Below the pieces are notes generated by a model, which made no database searches, had not been told where the DNA came from, and was given only the letters and a program-made list of their open reading frames with translations. From a virus (lineage: Duplodnaviria; Caudoviricetes), in the IMG/VR virus record IMGVR_UViG_3300025517_000058, positions 1 to 44,492 of that record: 44,492 nucleotides of DNA; one strand, given 5' to 3'. Positions 16,549-25,717 of this stretch are shown here, piece after piece (within the stretch, counting starts at the first letter, position 1; each line of letters starts with the position of its first letter). The translations under genes were made by a program, and so were the position numbers.

Positions 16549-17913
16549 ATGGCAAAGAAAGACAAGGTTAAGGATAAGGCGTCAAAGAAGAAAGGCTTTG
16601 TTTACCGTGGTGCTAACCGCACCGTAGAAAGCGTTGCTCGTGCATCGAAGGCTTTCGCCAATCAGTTTGATCGATGGCTGAACGGTGAAGATCTTCAGAT
16701 TTTCAAGCCACGTGACGGAGAAAATAATATTCGTATTCTCCCGCCAACTTGGGATGATCAAGAAAAGTACGGTGACGGTTGGCACATCTTTGTTGACCTG
16801 CACTATCGCGTCGGTGCTGATAACACAACTTATCTGTGCCTGCGTAAGATGAAGGACGAACCTTGTCCTATCTGTGAAGCTCGTGACACCAGTGAAGATG
16901 AAGAGGAGCGTGATAACCTGCGTGTGAGCCGTCGCGCGCTTGTGTGGCTCATTGATCGCGACAACGAGAAAGCTGGCCCGCAACTTTGGCCCATGCCACT
17001 CACGTTGTTCCGTGAAATCAATACGCGTAGCGTTGATAAGAAATCTAACAAGCCAATCCTCATCGATGATCCTGACAACGGCTACGACATTAGCTTTGTC
17101 AAGGAAGGTAAGGAAGTTCATTCAAAGTATATTGGCGTTGAAATCGACCGTGACCCAACGCCTCTCAGCAAGAATGACAGTAAACAAGAGCGGTGGCTTG
17201 AGATTATCGAGAATAACCCACTGCCCGACTTACTTCAGTTCTACGAGTATGATCACATCGAAAAGGTGCTGCACGGCAAAATCGCAAAGAAATCATCTGA
17301 TGATGAAGATGATGACGATGTGGTTGATGATGAGGATGAAACGCCGCGCCGTCGCCGTAAGCGCAGTGATGACGCAGACGAAGCACCGCGTAAACGTAAG
17401 CGCTTGAAAGACGAAGATGAAGAACTTGATGATGCTGATGATGAAGAGGAAGAGCTCGACGTAGACGACGAGGACGAAGAAGACGACGACCTCCCTTCTA
17501 AGCGTCGCGCGTCAAAGTCCAAGTCGCGCGACGACGACGAGGAGGACGACGATGATGCTGATGAGGAGGACGAGGACGAGGACGAAGAAGACGATGAACC
17601 GCGTAGTAGTTCTCGCAAGTCGTCAAAAGGTCGCCGTCGTGACGATGATGACGAAGATGAAGATGATGATGAGGACGAAGACAACGAGGATGAAACTGAA
17701 GAAGAGGATGAGGACGAGGACGAAGACGAGGAAAGCAACGAAGACGAAGACGACGAAGATAGTGAAGATGATGAAGACGACGAAGATAGTGAGGAGGATG
17801 AAGACGAGGATGACGAACCTCGTTCAAAGAGCAAGGCTAAGCTTAGCAAAGAAACTGTTGCTAGCCGCGCCAAAGCTCGCCTCAATGACTTGAAGAAGCG
17901 TCGTAAGAAGTAA
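16549..17913 (+). CDS. T4 gp32-like ssDNA-binding protein with very long acidic tail
   Basis: IRILPP, LHY, CLRK..EPCPICE, DPDNGYDISFVKEG...Y; about 200-aa D/E-rich C-terminal region. Confidence 0.75.
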   Translation: MAKKDKVKDKASKKKGFVYRGANRTVESVARASKAFANQFDRWLNGEDLQIFKPRDGENNIRILPPTWDDQEKYGDGWHIFVDLHYRVGADNTTYLCLRKMKDEPCPICEARDTSEDEEERDNLRVSRRALVWLIDRDNEKAGPQLWPMPLTLFREINTRSVDKKSNKPILIDDPDNGYDISFVKEGKEVHSKYIGVEIDRDPTPLSKNDSKQERWLEIIENNPLPDLLQFYEYDHIEKVLHGKIAKKSSDDEDDDDVVDDEDETPRRRRKRSDDADEAPRKRKRLKDEDEELDDADDEEEELDVDDEDEEDDDLPSKRRASKSKSRDDDEEDDDDADEEDEDEDEEDDEPRSSSRKSSKGRRRDDDDEDEDDDEDEDNEDETEEEDEDEDEDEESNEDEDDEDSEDDEDDEDSEEDEDEDDEPRSKSKAKLSKETVASRAKARLNDLKKRRKK

Positions 17914-17968
17914 CTGGTCTCGACCTTGTAGCGCGCGGTTAGCCCAGGCCGCTGTGCTCGGTCGGGAG

Positions 17969-18016
17969 GCGGGCGGCACTGAACCCGTGGACCCTGCGGT
18001 GCCGCCCGCTCTTTTC
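17969..18016 (+). terminator. GC-rich hairpin with U-tract between ssb and recA
   Basis: GCGGGCGGCAC (17969-17979) / GTGCCGCCCGC (17999-18009) followed by TCTTTT; loop is unusually long. Confidence 0.55.
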
Positions 18017-18033
18017 TCAAAAGAGGTACCATC

Positions 18034-19059
18034 ATGGCTCGTCGTCGCAGGATAGGTGAGGGTGAAGTGCCCACCGAAGAACCAATCACCACAACTGAGC
18101 GTAAAATCCAGTTCATACCTACTGGATGCGTCGTGTTCGACTGCGTGCTAGGAGGTGGCTGGCCACTTGGTCGCATGTCTAACCTTGTAGGGGACAAATC
18201 CACCGGTAAAACTCTTTGTGCTATTGAAGCTGCTGCTAACTTTGCTCATCGTTATCCTGATGGGTATATCTTTTACCGTGAAGCGGAAGCTGCTTTCGAT
18301 GAAGATTATGCTGCTAGCCTTGGCTTGCCAATTGATCGAGTTGACTTCGGTGAGGAAGGTCTAGGCACACCTTGGGATACTATTGAAGATATTTACGAAG
18401 ACCTGAACGCCAAGTGCGATCAATGTATCAAAGAAAAAGTACCCGGTCTCTACATCATCGATAGCCTTGATGCCTTATCGAGCCGCGCTGAGCTTTCACG
18501 TGGTATCGATGAGGGCAGCTATGGCATGGAAAAACAAAAACAGCTTGGGCAGCTTTTCCGTCGTTTGGTGCGTAAAATTAAAGAAGCTAACATGCACCTG
18601 CTCATTATCTCACAAGTACGGGAGAAAATCGGTATCACATTTGGGGATAAGTATCGGCGCAGCGGCGGTAAGGCACTTGACTTCTATGCCTCACAGGTTA
18701 TTTACCTGAGCCATCTCAAAACAATTAAGAAGACTGCCGGTGGTGTTGAGCGGCCTATCGGTATTCGCATCAAGGCAAAGTGTACGAAGAATAAAATCGG
18801 GCCAGCTTTTAGAGAATGCGAGTTCACCGTCCGCTTTGGGTACGGTATTGATGAACTCTCCTCAGCCGTTGAATGGCTCGAAACGGTAAAGAAATCAAAA
18901 GAATTGCTTGATGGTGAATCTGCCAAGAGCTACATCACCCGTGTTGAGAAATTAGGCAATAAGGAATATAGAGCAGAACTCAAGCGTGTTCGTAAGGTTG
19001 TGAAGGCGGCTTGGAACGAGATCGAAGCCCGTTTTGAACCCGAACGCAAGAAATACTAG
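18034..19059 (+). CDS. recA: RecA/UvsX recombinase
   Basis: IPTG..FDCVLGGGWPLGR, GDKSTGKT, IIDSLDAL, ISQVREKIG, SGGKALDFYAS, KNKIGPAFR. Confidence 0.95.
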   Translation: MARRRRIGEGEVPTEEPITTTERKIQFIPTGCVVFDCVLGGGWPLGRMSNLVGDKSTGKTLCAIEAAANFAHRYPDGYIFYREAEAAFDEDYAASLGLPIDRVDFGEEGLGTPWDTIEDIYEDLNAKCDQCIKEKVPGLYIIDSLDALSSRAELSRGIDEGSYGMEKQKQLGQLFRRLVRKIKEANMHLLIISQVREKIGITFGDKYRRSGGKALDFYASQVIYLSHLKTIKKTAGGVERPIGIRIKAKCTKNKIGPAFRECEFTVRFGYGIDELSSAVEWLETVKKSKELLDGESAKSYITRVEKLGNKEYRAELKRVRKVVKAAWNEIEARFEPERKKY

Positions 19060-19068
19060 GAGGATGCC

Positions 19069-19437
19069 ATGAAACCTGTACAGATCGCGGGCTTCAATAA
19101 TGTGCTGACTGCTCCGCCTAATTGGGATAAAGAAAAGTATGGCGAGTGCGTCGATTTACCTATTCGCGCCGTAGCTGATCAACACGGCCTTGTGCAATTG
19201 ATGAGCGCTTGGCTACCGTCACACGCTGACTTGCTTAAACTAAAAGAGGGTGCTCCAATTATTCTAACTCTCATTGGTCGTATGCATCCACCGGTGTGGA
19301 TTGACGTGGGTAGCAAAAAGGATATACAAAGTAAAATCATTCAGGTGAAGCCGACTATCATTGATCCACAAGGAAACGTGGTTCAAAGTAACGGCAACCA
19401 TACAGATCAAAGTAATGACAACGAGAATGACCAATGA
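19069..19437 (+). CDS. hypothetical phage protein
   Basis: PPNWD..GEC.DLP...SAWLPS...HPPV; AGGAGG SD. Confidence 0.7.
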   Translation: MKPVQIAGFNNVLTAPPNWDKEKYGECVDLPIRAVADQHGLVQLMSAWLPSHADLLKLKEGAPIILTLIGRMHPPVWIDVGSKKDIQSKIIQVKPTIIDPQGNVVQSNGNHTDQSNDNENDQ

Positions 19438-19967
19438 AACATGGTGGTGGATCTCAAAAAGGCGCAACGAATGAACGGAAAGTGTGTCGCCTGTTGAGCT
19501 TATGGGTAACACACGGCAAGCGCGAAGATGTGTTTTGGCGCTCAGCCATGAGCGGCGGTCGAGCTACCGTTGCCAAGCGCAAGGGTAAGATACTCGCTAG
19601 TCAGGCTGGCGATATTAGTGCTGTAGATGAAGCTGGACACACACTAACCAATTACTTCTACATTGAAACAAAACACGTCAAAGCTATCCAGCTTGATCGG
19701 TTCATCGTGACGCAAACTGGGCCGTTAGTGAAATACTGGAAAACGGTTCAGTTGGAAGCGCGTTCTTACAACAAACAACCTTTGCTAATAGTTAAGCAAA
19801 ACTTGCTGCCCATTCTGTTCATTTGCCCGTTTGGCATTGCTGGTAAACTCACAGAAGGCCGTTTGAAACGCACTGAGGCACTGGCAAGGGTTTATGGCCA
19901 GCATGCTTGCGAAATCTGGCTATTTGAGCGGGTATTATCAGTGCCATTTGCTTATCAGCCTGATTAA
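19434..19967 (+). CDS. Holliday junction resolvase-like PD-(D/E)xK nuclease
   Basis: KGATNERKVCRLLSLW, WRSAMSGG, GDI, IETK. Confidence 0.78.
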   Translation: MKHGGGSQKGATNERKVCRLLSLWVTHGKREDVFWRSAMSGGRATVAKRKGKILASQAGDISAVDEAGHTLTNYFYIETKHVKAIQLDRFIVTQTGPLVKYWKTVQLEARSYNKQPLLIVKQNLLPILFICPFGIAGKLTEGRLKRTEALARVYGQHACEIWLFERVLSVPFAYQPD

Positions 19968-20102
19968 GGTATGTTAATGGTTGATCAGCACCCGCTGGAC
20001 TCCCCCGCACTACGCTAGGGTGCTGATTGTAAGTGCGAGCCAAGGATGTGGCCCTCTGCCTTGGCTCGCACTATTCATTTCAGCCTACTTCTGGAGGTTG
20101 CT

Positions 20103-20432
20103 ATGACAGTTACTCCTGTTCGCTGTCCTGTTGAGTGCACCAACGGTAAAATCTACACTGATCAACGTGATCCCATCGAAGGCCATAAGTTATCCAACGT
20201 TGGTCCCTGCCCTATGTGTAACGGTCGAGGGTATTTCGACCCCGAAAGCATCAAGGGCAAAGCAGTTGCCGCGTATTGGCAAACACTGCATGACCTCTAT
20301 GTAGCTGAAAAAGAACGTCAAGCTCGCGAGCAACAGCTACGTGAGGAAGTTTTGAAGAAGCTTGACGATGTAACTAAAGAAGTTCTAGCGCACTTCGGCC
20401 TAGACAAGTATTTCATCGAGCAGAAACGATGA
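20103..20432 (+). CDS. hypothetical protein with DnaJ-type Zn-finger-like motifs
   Basis: CPVECTNG and CPMCNGRG; GGAGG SD favours ATG 20103. Confidence 0.65.
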   Translation: MTVTPVRCPVECTNGKIYTDQRDPIEGHKLSNVGPCPMCNGRGYFDPESIKGKAVAAYWQTLHDLYVAEKERQAREQQLREEVLKKLDDVTKEVLAHFGLDKYFIEQKR

Positions 20433-20995
20433 CGTTCGAAGAACTCAAGGCCAAGGCTATCAGTTTGCCTGCCGAGCAAAAACAAGAACTTATTACAGCT
20501 TTGCAGGCAACGCTCCAATTCAGCAAGTCAAACATAACCCCAACACGAAAGCGTGAAGCCGAAGATTACTTGCACGATTATCTCACTGATGCCGTGCGCC
20601 GATTTTGCGTTAAGCGTGGATTGTGTACTCGTGCTGATGCTTGGGCAGTAATCAAACGAGAGATCGAGCGACTAAAACAGTACCCACAAGATAACGAAAT
20701 CGTGAGGCGCTGGATAGAAGAAAAGGTAAAGCCTAAGGGAGAAGTTGAACGCCAATTTATAGCTGACACTTTCGTGAACAGCCTCTACAATTATCTGAAG
20801 GACAACCCTTATTATAAAGAACTCGGTATCGGCCCCTATGAATTACTCATCAATATCCGTAAACTACCTACTGCCGTAGATGGCTCATTTCCCGGTTATG
20901 CCAATGCCGGTTTATTACCGCTAATCATTAGAAGAGAAATGCCATCTGTAAGCAATAAGAGGTTGCGTCGTGGCAAGCGAAAGGCTCAAAGGTAA
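20429..20995 (+). CDS. hypothetical protein
   Basis: ATGA-coupled ORF upstream of the helicase. Confidence 0.65.
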   Translation: MTFEELKAKAISLPAEQKQELITALQATLQFSKSNITPTRKREAEDYLHDYLTDAVRRFCVKRGLCTRADAWAVIKREIERLKQYPQDNEIVRRWIEEKVKPKGEVERQFIADTFVNSLYNYLKDNPYYKELGIGPYELLINIRKLPTAVDGSFPGYANAGLLPLIIRREMPSVSNKRLRRGKRKAQR

Positions 20996-22418
20996 CACGC
21001 AACAGTGTCTGCTAGCACTTCTATGCTTTAGTAAGAAATATGGTGCGAAACTTGGCATGCAATTACGGCCTGAACACTTTGACGGTGTTCGGCGCGACCT
21101 AGCTCAAGCAATCTTTGAGTACCGCAGCAAGTACAAGGGTAAACCGCCTGGAAAGAAAAACCTACCCACCCTAGTTGAAAACCTGCCCTTACAAGAAGAA
21201 CGCCTTAAAACTGCCCAACATGAAGCTCGAGAGATACTTCGCCTTTACAAGAAAGGCTTCAATAAGGATTGGGTTGCTGAGCAGGGTATCAAATTTGCTA
21301 AACGGCAACTGCTGAAAGCTGGTGTCAAAGAAGCGGTCGATATAGTTCTACGTAGTGAAGACTTCGACATTGAGGAAGTCGAAAAGGTACTTCACAAAAC
21401 CCTTCGCAATGAGCCTGCTCAGATAAAACCAAGCATTCGTTTTGGCTCACCGGAGTCATTACGCTTTCTCGATTATGTGGATGATGGATGGGCGATAGGT
21501 ATAACCGAGTTCGATAAAGCAGGCTTACGGCTCAAACCCGGCACTTTGACCTTGTACCTAGGACCTAAGAACACTGGTAAATCTTGGTCGTGTATTCATG
21601 TCGCTCGGAGCTGCTTAATGCAAGGCGCACGCGTTGTGCACTTGTCACTTGAAATGAACCAGGATCAAGTATTCCAACGCTACTACCAGAACTGGTTCAG
21701 TATACCCACTCGGATGAAGAAGTTTGTACGTGCCGAGTTCAAGGAGGATAATGCTGGTCGCGCCGTAGGTTGGACCCAAATTCAGCTTGATCCACCCGAG
21801 CTGACGCTTGATGACCCAACTATCAAATCAAAGCTACAGCAGCTACTCCAGCCTTGGAAGAAAAAGCTGAGCCGACTGATCGTAGCGGACTTTCCTACCG
21901 GTACGCTTACCATTACTCAGCTCGAGAACTACCTCGATAATCTAGCCTCGAATGAAGAGTTTCACCCTGATGTTCTGATAATCGATTACCCTGACCTGAT
22001 GCGGGTGAGCCGCCAAAACTATCGCCTAGACCTAGGCGAGATATACGTGCAATTACGCGGCCTTGCTATTAGACGCAACCTTGCCTTATTCTGCCCGACG
22101 CAAACTAACCGAGATTCATTCACACGAAAGGAAATCACAAGCGCAAACGTCGCCGAAGACGTGTCGAAGCTATTCACTGCCGACAATGTGCTGATTTACT
22201 CACAAACTAAGGATGAAAAGAAGTTCGGCTTGGCACGGCTCACACTACAGCATGCACGTGACGTAGAAGTCGGTATGGTAGTATGTTTGGTGCAGCATTA
22301 CCCAACTGGCCAATACATGGTGCGCTCTGCTCTTGCAACACCGCAGTACATGAGGTTAATTAGCGAAAAAAGAAAAGATGACGAAGCTGAAGGTGAAGAC
22401 GATAGTGGCTTAGTGTAG
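20970..22418 (+). CDS. DnaB-like (SF4) replicative helicase
   Basis: GPKNTGKS, HLSLEM, IIDYPDLM, TQTNR, AEDVSK..TAD. Confidence 0.9.
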   Translation: MASERLKGNTQQCLLALLCFSKKYGAKLGMQLRPEHFDGVRRDLAQAIFEYRSKYKGKPPGKKNLPTLVENLPLQEERLKTAQHEAREILRLYKKGFNKDWVAEQGIKFAKRQLLKAGVKEAVDIVLRSEDFDIEEVEKVLHKTLRNEPAQIKPSIRFGSPESLRFLDYVDDGWAIGITEFDKAGLRLKPGTLTLYLGPKNTGKSWSCIHVARSCLMQGARVVHLSLEMNQDQVFQRYYQNWFSIPTRMKKFVRAEFKEDNAGRAVGWTQIQLDPPELTLDDPTIKSKLQQLLQPWKKKLSRLIVADFPTGTLTITQLENYLDNLASNEEFHPDVLIIDYPDLMRVSRQNYRLDLGEIYVQLRGLAIRRNLALFCPTQTNRDSFTRKEITSANVAEDVSKLFTADNVLIYSQTKDEKKFGLARLTLQHARDVEVGMVVCLVQHYPTGQYMVRSALATPQYMRLISEKRKDDEAEGEDDSGLV

Positions 22419-22420
22419 CT

Positions 22421-23995
22421 ATGATCTTAAAATCAGAAATAAAGCGCTACCTCACAGCGCCTCGTGATGATCATCGCTGGTTGAAAGAGTTAGAGCACCG
22501 TGATGTAGATAAACTAATCAACAGCCTTTATCCACGTCCTAAGCTGCATCCTAAAATGAGGCTGCACCAAAAGGTAGCTTTCTACCTTGGTGTGGCCTAT
22601 CCGCAATTCTGCTACTGGCTTGACATGGGCACCGGTAAGACACTGCTATCCTTAGAGCTTATCAAGTACTGGATGCAGGTCGAGCGCTTCAAAAAAGCGT
22701 TCGTGTTTGTGCTCAGTGATAAAGCATTCCCTACTTGGGAAGCTCAAAATCGTGAGTACGATATCGGCTTACCTATGATTGCACTGGAAGGCTCAAGCGA
22801 AGAAAAGTGGAACCAACTTCGTAATTTCGACCGTGGCATCGTACTTTCTACATATATGGGTACGCTTGCCATGTGTAGTATTAAGGGGATAAAGAAACGT
22901 GGCAATCGCAAGGTCACGGGTCTGTTACTAGTTAAGAGTATGATTGATGAGTTGTGCGAGGATACCGGTGTGCTCGTACTTGATGAGAGCACGAAGGTTG
23001 GACACTCGACATCGTTACTACATAAAATGGCTCTACTTATGTCAAAGAATATACCTATCCGCTATGCACTTGCCGGACGGCCATTCGGGCGTGATCCTAT
23101 GCTTATGTACAATCAACATCTCATAATTGATCGAGCAGAAACGTTTGGTCATAAGACTTTCTTTCAACAAGCATTCTTTTCACGTTCGCGTAACCATTTT
23201 GCGAAATCTAGATACTCATACAACTTCCAATTCAAGAAGAAAATGCTGCCCGAACTAACGAGGATAATGCAGCATCGCAGCATTACTTATGCTGCGAAAG
23301 AGTGTGTCGATTTACCATCGGTAAACCGCATTCGAGCACCAGTCAGCTTTAGCAAGGAAAGCCAAACCTACTACAAAGAAGCTGCTAAGGCACTGTTAGG
23401 CAGCAAGGGCGATTGGCAAGAGACCAAAAACCTGTTTCTGCGTATGCGTCAAATCACGTCAGGTTTTCTTGGCTTTAAGAATGATGACAATGGCGAGCGA
23501 GCACAGATCGCGTTTAGCGTTAACCCCAAGCTTGATAAACTTCAGGACTTGATCGAAGAATTACCTGAAGATCGTAAGGCAATAATCTTTTATGAGTTTA
23601 CCTGGAGCGCTCAGCAAATTAGTAAGCGCTTGAAGGAGCTCAAGCTGAAACACGTATGGTTGTGGGCAGGCACCAAAAACTCACGTCAGGCACAAGAGCA
23701 GTTCCAAGAAGACCCCGAGTGCCGGTTCATGATACTACAAAACAAAATCGGCGCTTACTCACTTGATGGGTTACAGAAGGTCGCTAACTACGGCTTCATC
23801 TACGAAAGCCCTGTAGCATGTATTGATCGTGAGCAATTGGAACATCGCTTAATTCGCCAGGGTCAGAAATGGAGGGTTTTTCTCTATGATCTCATGGTTC
23901 CGAACAGTGTGGACGAACGTATTCTCGAATTCCACAAAGAAGGACAAGATATTATGGAAGCCATTCGAGCTAACCCGAAAGCCATCTTCCAATAA
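22421..23995 (+). CDS. SNF2-like SF2 helicase
   Basis: DMGTGKT, LDEST, ALAGRP, LRMRQITSG, NPKL, QLEHRLIRQGQ. Confidence 0.88.
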   Translation: MILKSEIKRYLTAPRDDHRWLKELEHRDVDKLINSLYPRPKLHPKMRLHQKVAFYLGVAYPQFCYWLDMGTGKTLLSLELIKYWMQVERFKKAFVFVLSDKAFPTWEAQNREYDIGLPMIALEGSSEEKWNQLRNFDRGIVLSTYMGTLAMCSIKGIKKRGNRKVTGLLLVKSMIDELCEDTGVLVLDESTKVGHSTSLLHKMALLMSKNIPIRYALAGRPFGRDPMLMYNQHLIIDRAETFGHKTFFQQAFFSRSRNHFAKSRYSYNFQFKKKMLPELTRIMQHRSITYAAKECVDLPSVNRIRAPVSFSKESQTYYKEAAKALLGSKGDWQETKNLFLRMRQITSGFLGFKNDDNGERAQIAFSVNPKLDKLQDLIEELPEDRKAIIFYEFTWSAQQISKRLKELKLKHVWLWAGTKNSRQAQEQFQEDPECRFMILQNKIGAYSLDGLQKVANYGFIYESPVACIDREQLEHRLIRQGQKWRVFLYDLMVPNSVDERILEFHKEGQDIMEAIRANPKAIFQ

Positions 23996-24620
23996 CAACG
24001 CCCCAAAACCACAATTCAAGAACTATCCTCATCCTGACGCAATCAAACCACACTTCAACGGTTTAGGACCAGCGACCGTCGAACGACTGACTTACCTAGC
24101 CGAAAAGTGCTCCGAGGTAATCAAAGCCGCGATGAAAATTCAACGTCACGGCTGGCGTTGTGTAGATATGACTGAACAACCGCCAAAACTCTATGATAAC
24201 AAAGTAGAGTTAGTGAATGAACTGCGTGATGTTTACAAGGCCGTAGTGCGTTTAGCAAGAGCGGGTGAGATTCCGTACAGCATTTTCAGCGGTGAAGTAG
24301 TCCTCAACAATCGCAATTTCCACCATCAAGGGCAAAGTTTGAGCAATGCCACAACTCCAATGCCCCATACAAATGAGATATTGCCTGAGGACGTACTAAT
24401 CGACTATACTAACTGGAAAGGTAATCGTCGTATCCGCCGTATCCGTCCTATTGGCATTATCTTTGGGCAGAACAAATGGCACCCCAAGGATCAATGGCTA
24501 CTCAAAGCTTATGACCTTGAGGATCGGCAGATAAAGTCGTTTGCCTTACACGGTATCCATGCAATTATGCCGGTTCCACGTAACAAAACAACTATTCCCA
24601 AAACCGAAGTAAAAACTTGA
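23886..24620 (+). CDS. MazG-like pyrophosphatase domain fused to WYL domain
   Basis: ERLTYLAEKCSEVIKAAMKIQRHG...ELRDV (MazG-like) plus IDYTNWKG..RRIRP....WLLKAYDLEDRQIKSFAL (WYL); GGAGGG SD before ATG 23886. Confidence 0.72.
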   Translation: MISWFRTVWTNVFSNSTKKDKILWKPFELTRKPSSNNNAPKPQFKNYPHPDAIKPHFNGLGPATVERLTYLAEKCSEVIKAAMKIQRHGWRCVDMTEQPPKLYDNKVELVNELRDVYKAVVRLARAGEIPYSIFSGEVVLNNRNFHHQGQSLSNATTPMPHTNEILPEDVLIDYTNWKGNRRIRRIRPIGIIFGQNKWHPKDQWLLKAYDLEDRQIKSFALHGIHAIMPVPRNKTTIPKTEVKT

Positions 24621-24627
24621 GTGTCCA

Positions 24628-25659
24628 ATGCAATACACAGCCTTGGTAACTGCGGATCTGCATTTGAACGATAACAGTCGTGACAGTTATCGTCATGACT
24701 TCATGCGCTCGCAGTTACCCAAACTTCTTAAACAATACAAGCCAAAGTATCTGATTATCTTAGGTGATCTGACCGATGAGAAAGACCGCCATCGGTCAGA
24801 ACTCGTAAACGCAGTTGTTAACTACCTGCACACTTACTCAAATATTTGTAAGGTAATTATTCTACGTGGTAATCACGATTGCTTAGACCCAACATCGCCG
24901 TTTTTCCAATTCGTTAGCTTATTGGAGAATGTTCTCTGGATTAATAAACCGACACCGCTCAAGCTCGGTGAACTAGGCGAGTGCTTATTCTTACCGCACA
25001 CACGCAACTACGAGCGCGATTGGAAGCACAGTATGTTTGCGTTGTACACTACCGATCCGCTTGCTGGTTACATTTTCTGCCACAATGCCTTTGAAGGTGC
25101 CGTAAGCGAAAGCGGTAAACGTATGCAGGGCATTCCTACATCGATATTTCCTAAAAAGGCAACAGTGCTTAGCGGTGATATCCATGTTCCTCAACAAGTT
25201 GGACCGGTAACGTATTGCGGTGCCCCGTACACTATCCGCTTCGGAGATAAATTCACACCATGTATTCGCATGCTACGGCGATCTCAAAATCGACTCTGTA
25301 TCGATACCCAACCTACTTCTGGACCACAGAAACGAATTATTGAAGTAAAGAACACTGCTCGTCTAGACCGTTACGTTGAAAAATTTAATGAAGGCGACTT
25401 GCTAAAGCTACGCGTTCATTTGAAGGCCGATGAGTATCCAAAATGGAACGAGATCAAAGAACAGCTACGTGACTGGTGTGACCAGAACGGCGGTATCGTA
25501 TGTGAAATTCAACCAATCAAGCAAAGCGCCAGCATCAAGCTCAACCGCAAAAGTGTGAGCACACGCACTGATCACGAATTGCTCGAAACGTATGCTAAGC
25601 GTAAGGGCATATCAGCAAGTATCCTGAAAACTGGTTTGAAAATTATGGAAGAAGTTTAA
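24628..25659 (+). CDS. SbcD/Mre11/gp47-like metallophosphoesterase nuclease
   Basis: ADLH, LGDLTD, GNHD, FCH, SGDIH, YCGAP. Confidence 0.9.
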   Translation: MQYTALVTADLHLNDNSRDSYRHDFMRSQLPKLLKQYKPKYLIILGDLTDEKDRHRSELVNAVVNYLHTYSNICKVIILRGNHDCLDPTSPFFQFVSLLENVLWINKPTPLKLGELGECLFLPHTRNYERDWKHSMFALYTTDPLAGYIFCHNAFEGAVSESGKRMQGIPTSIFPKKATVLSGDIHVPQQVGPVTYCGAPYTIRFGDKFTPCIRMLRRSQNRLCIDTQPTSGPQKRIIEVKNTARLDRYVEKFNEGDLLKLRVHLKADEYPKWNEIKEQLRDWCDQNGGIVCEIQPIKQSASIKLNRKSVSTRTDHELLETYAKRKGISASILKTGLKIMEEV

Positions 25660-25717
25660 CGTTGAGTACCAACAGCAGCGAACCCTCAGATTAAGCAATA
25701 ACATTGCGGGGGATACT

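Noticed and set aside
17253-18203. 316-aa minus-strand poly-Ser ORF (also 5381..6148, 5521..5967, 4053..4439, 36801..37190)
   Set aside because: Antisense shadows of GAY/GAR-rich acidic tracts in real plus-strand genes; no independent motifs
17914-20100. tRNA genes in the structured intergenic gaps (also 39755-40109)
   Set aside because: No cloverleaf with a T-loop GTTCRA and acceptor stem could be built
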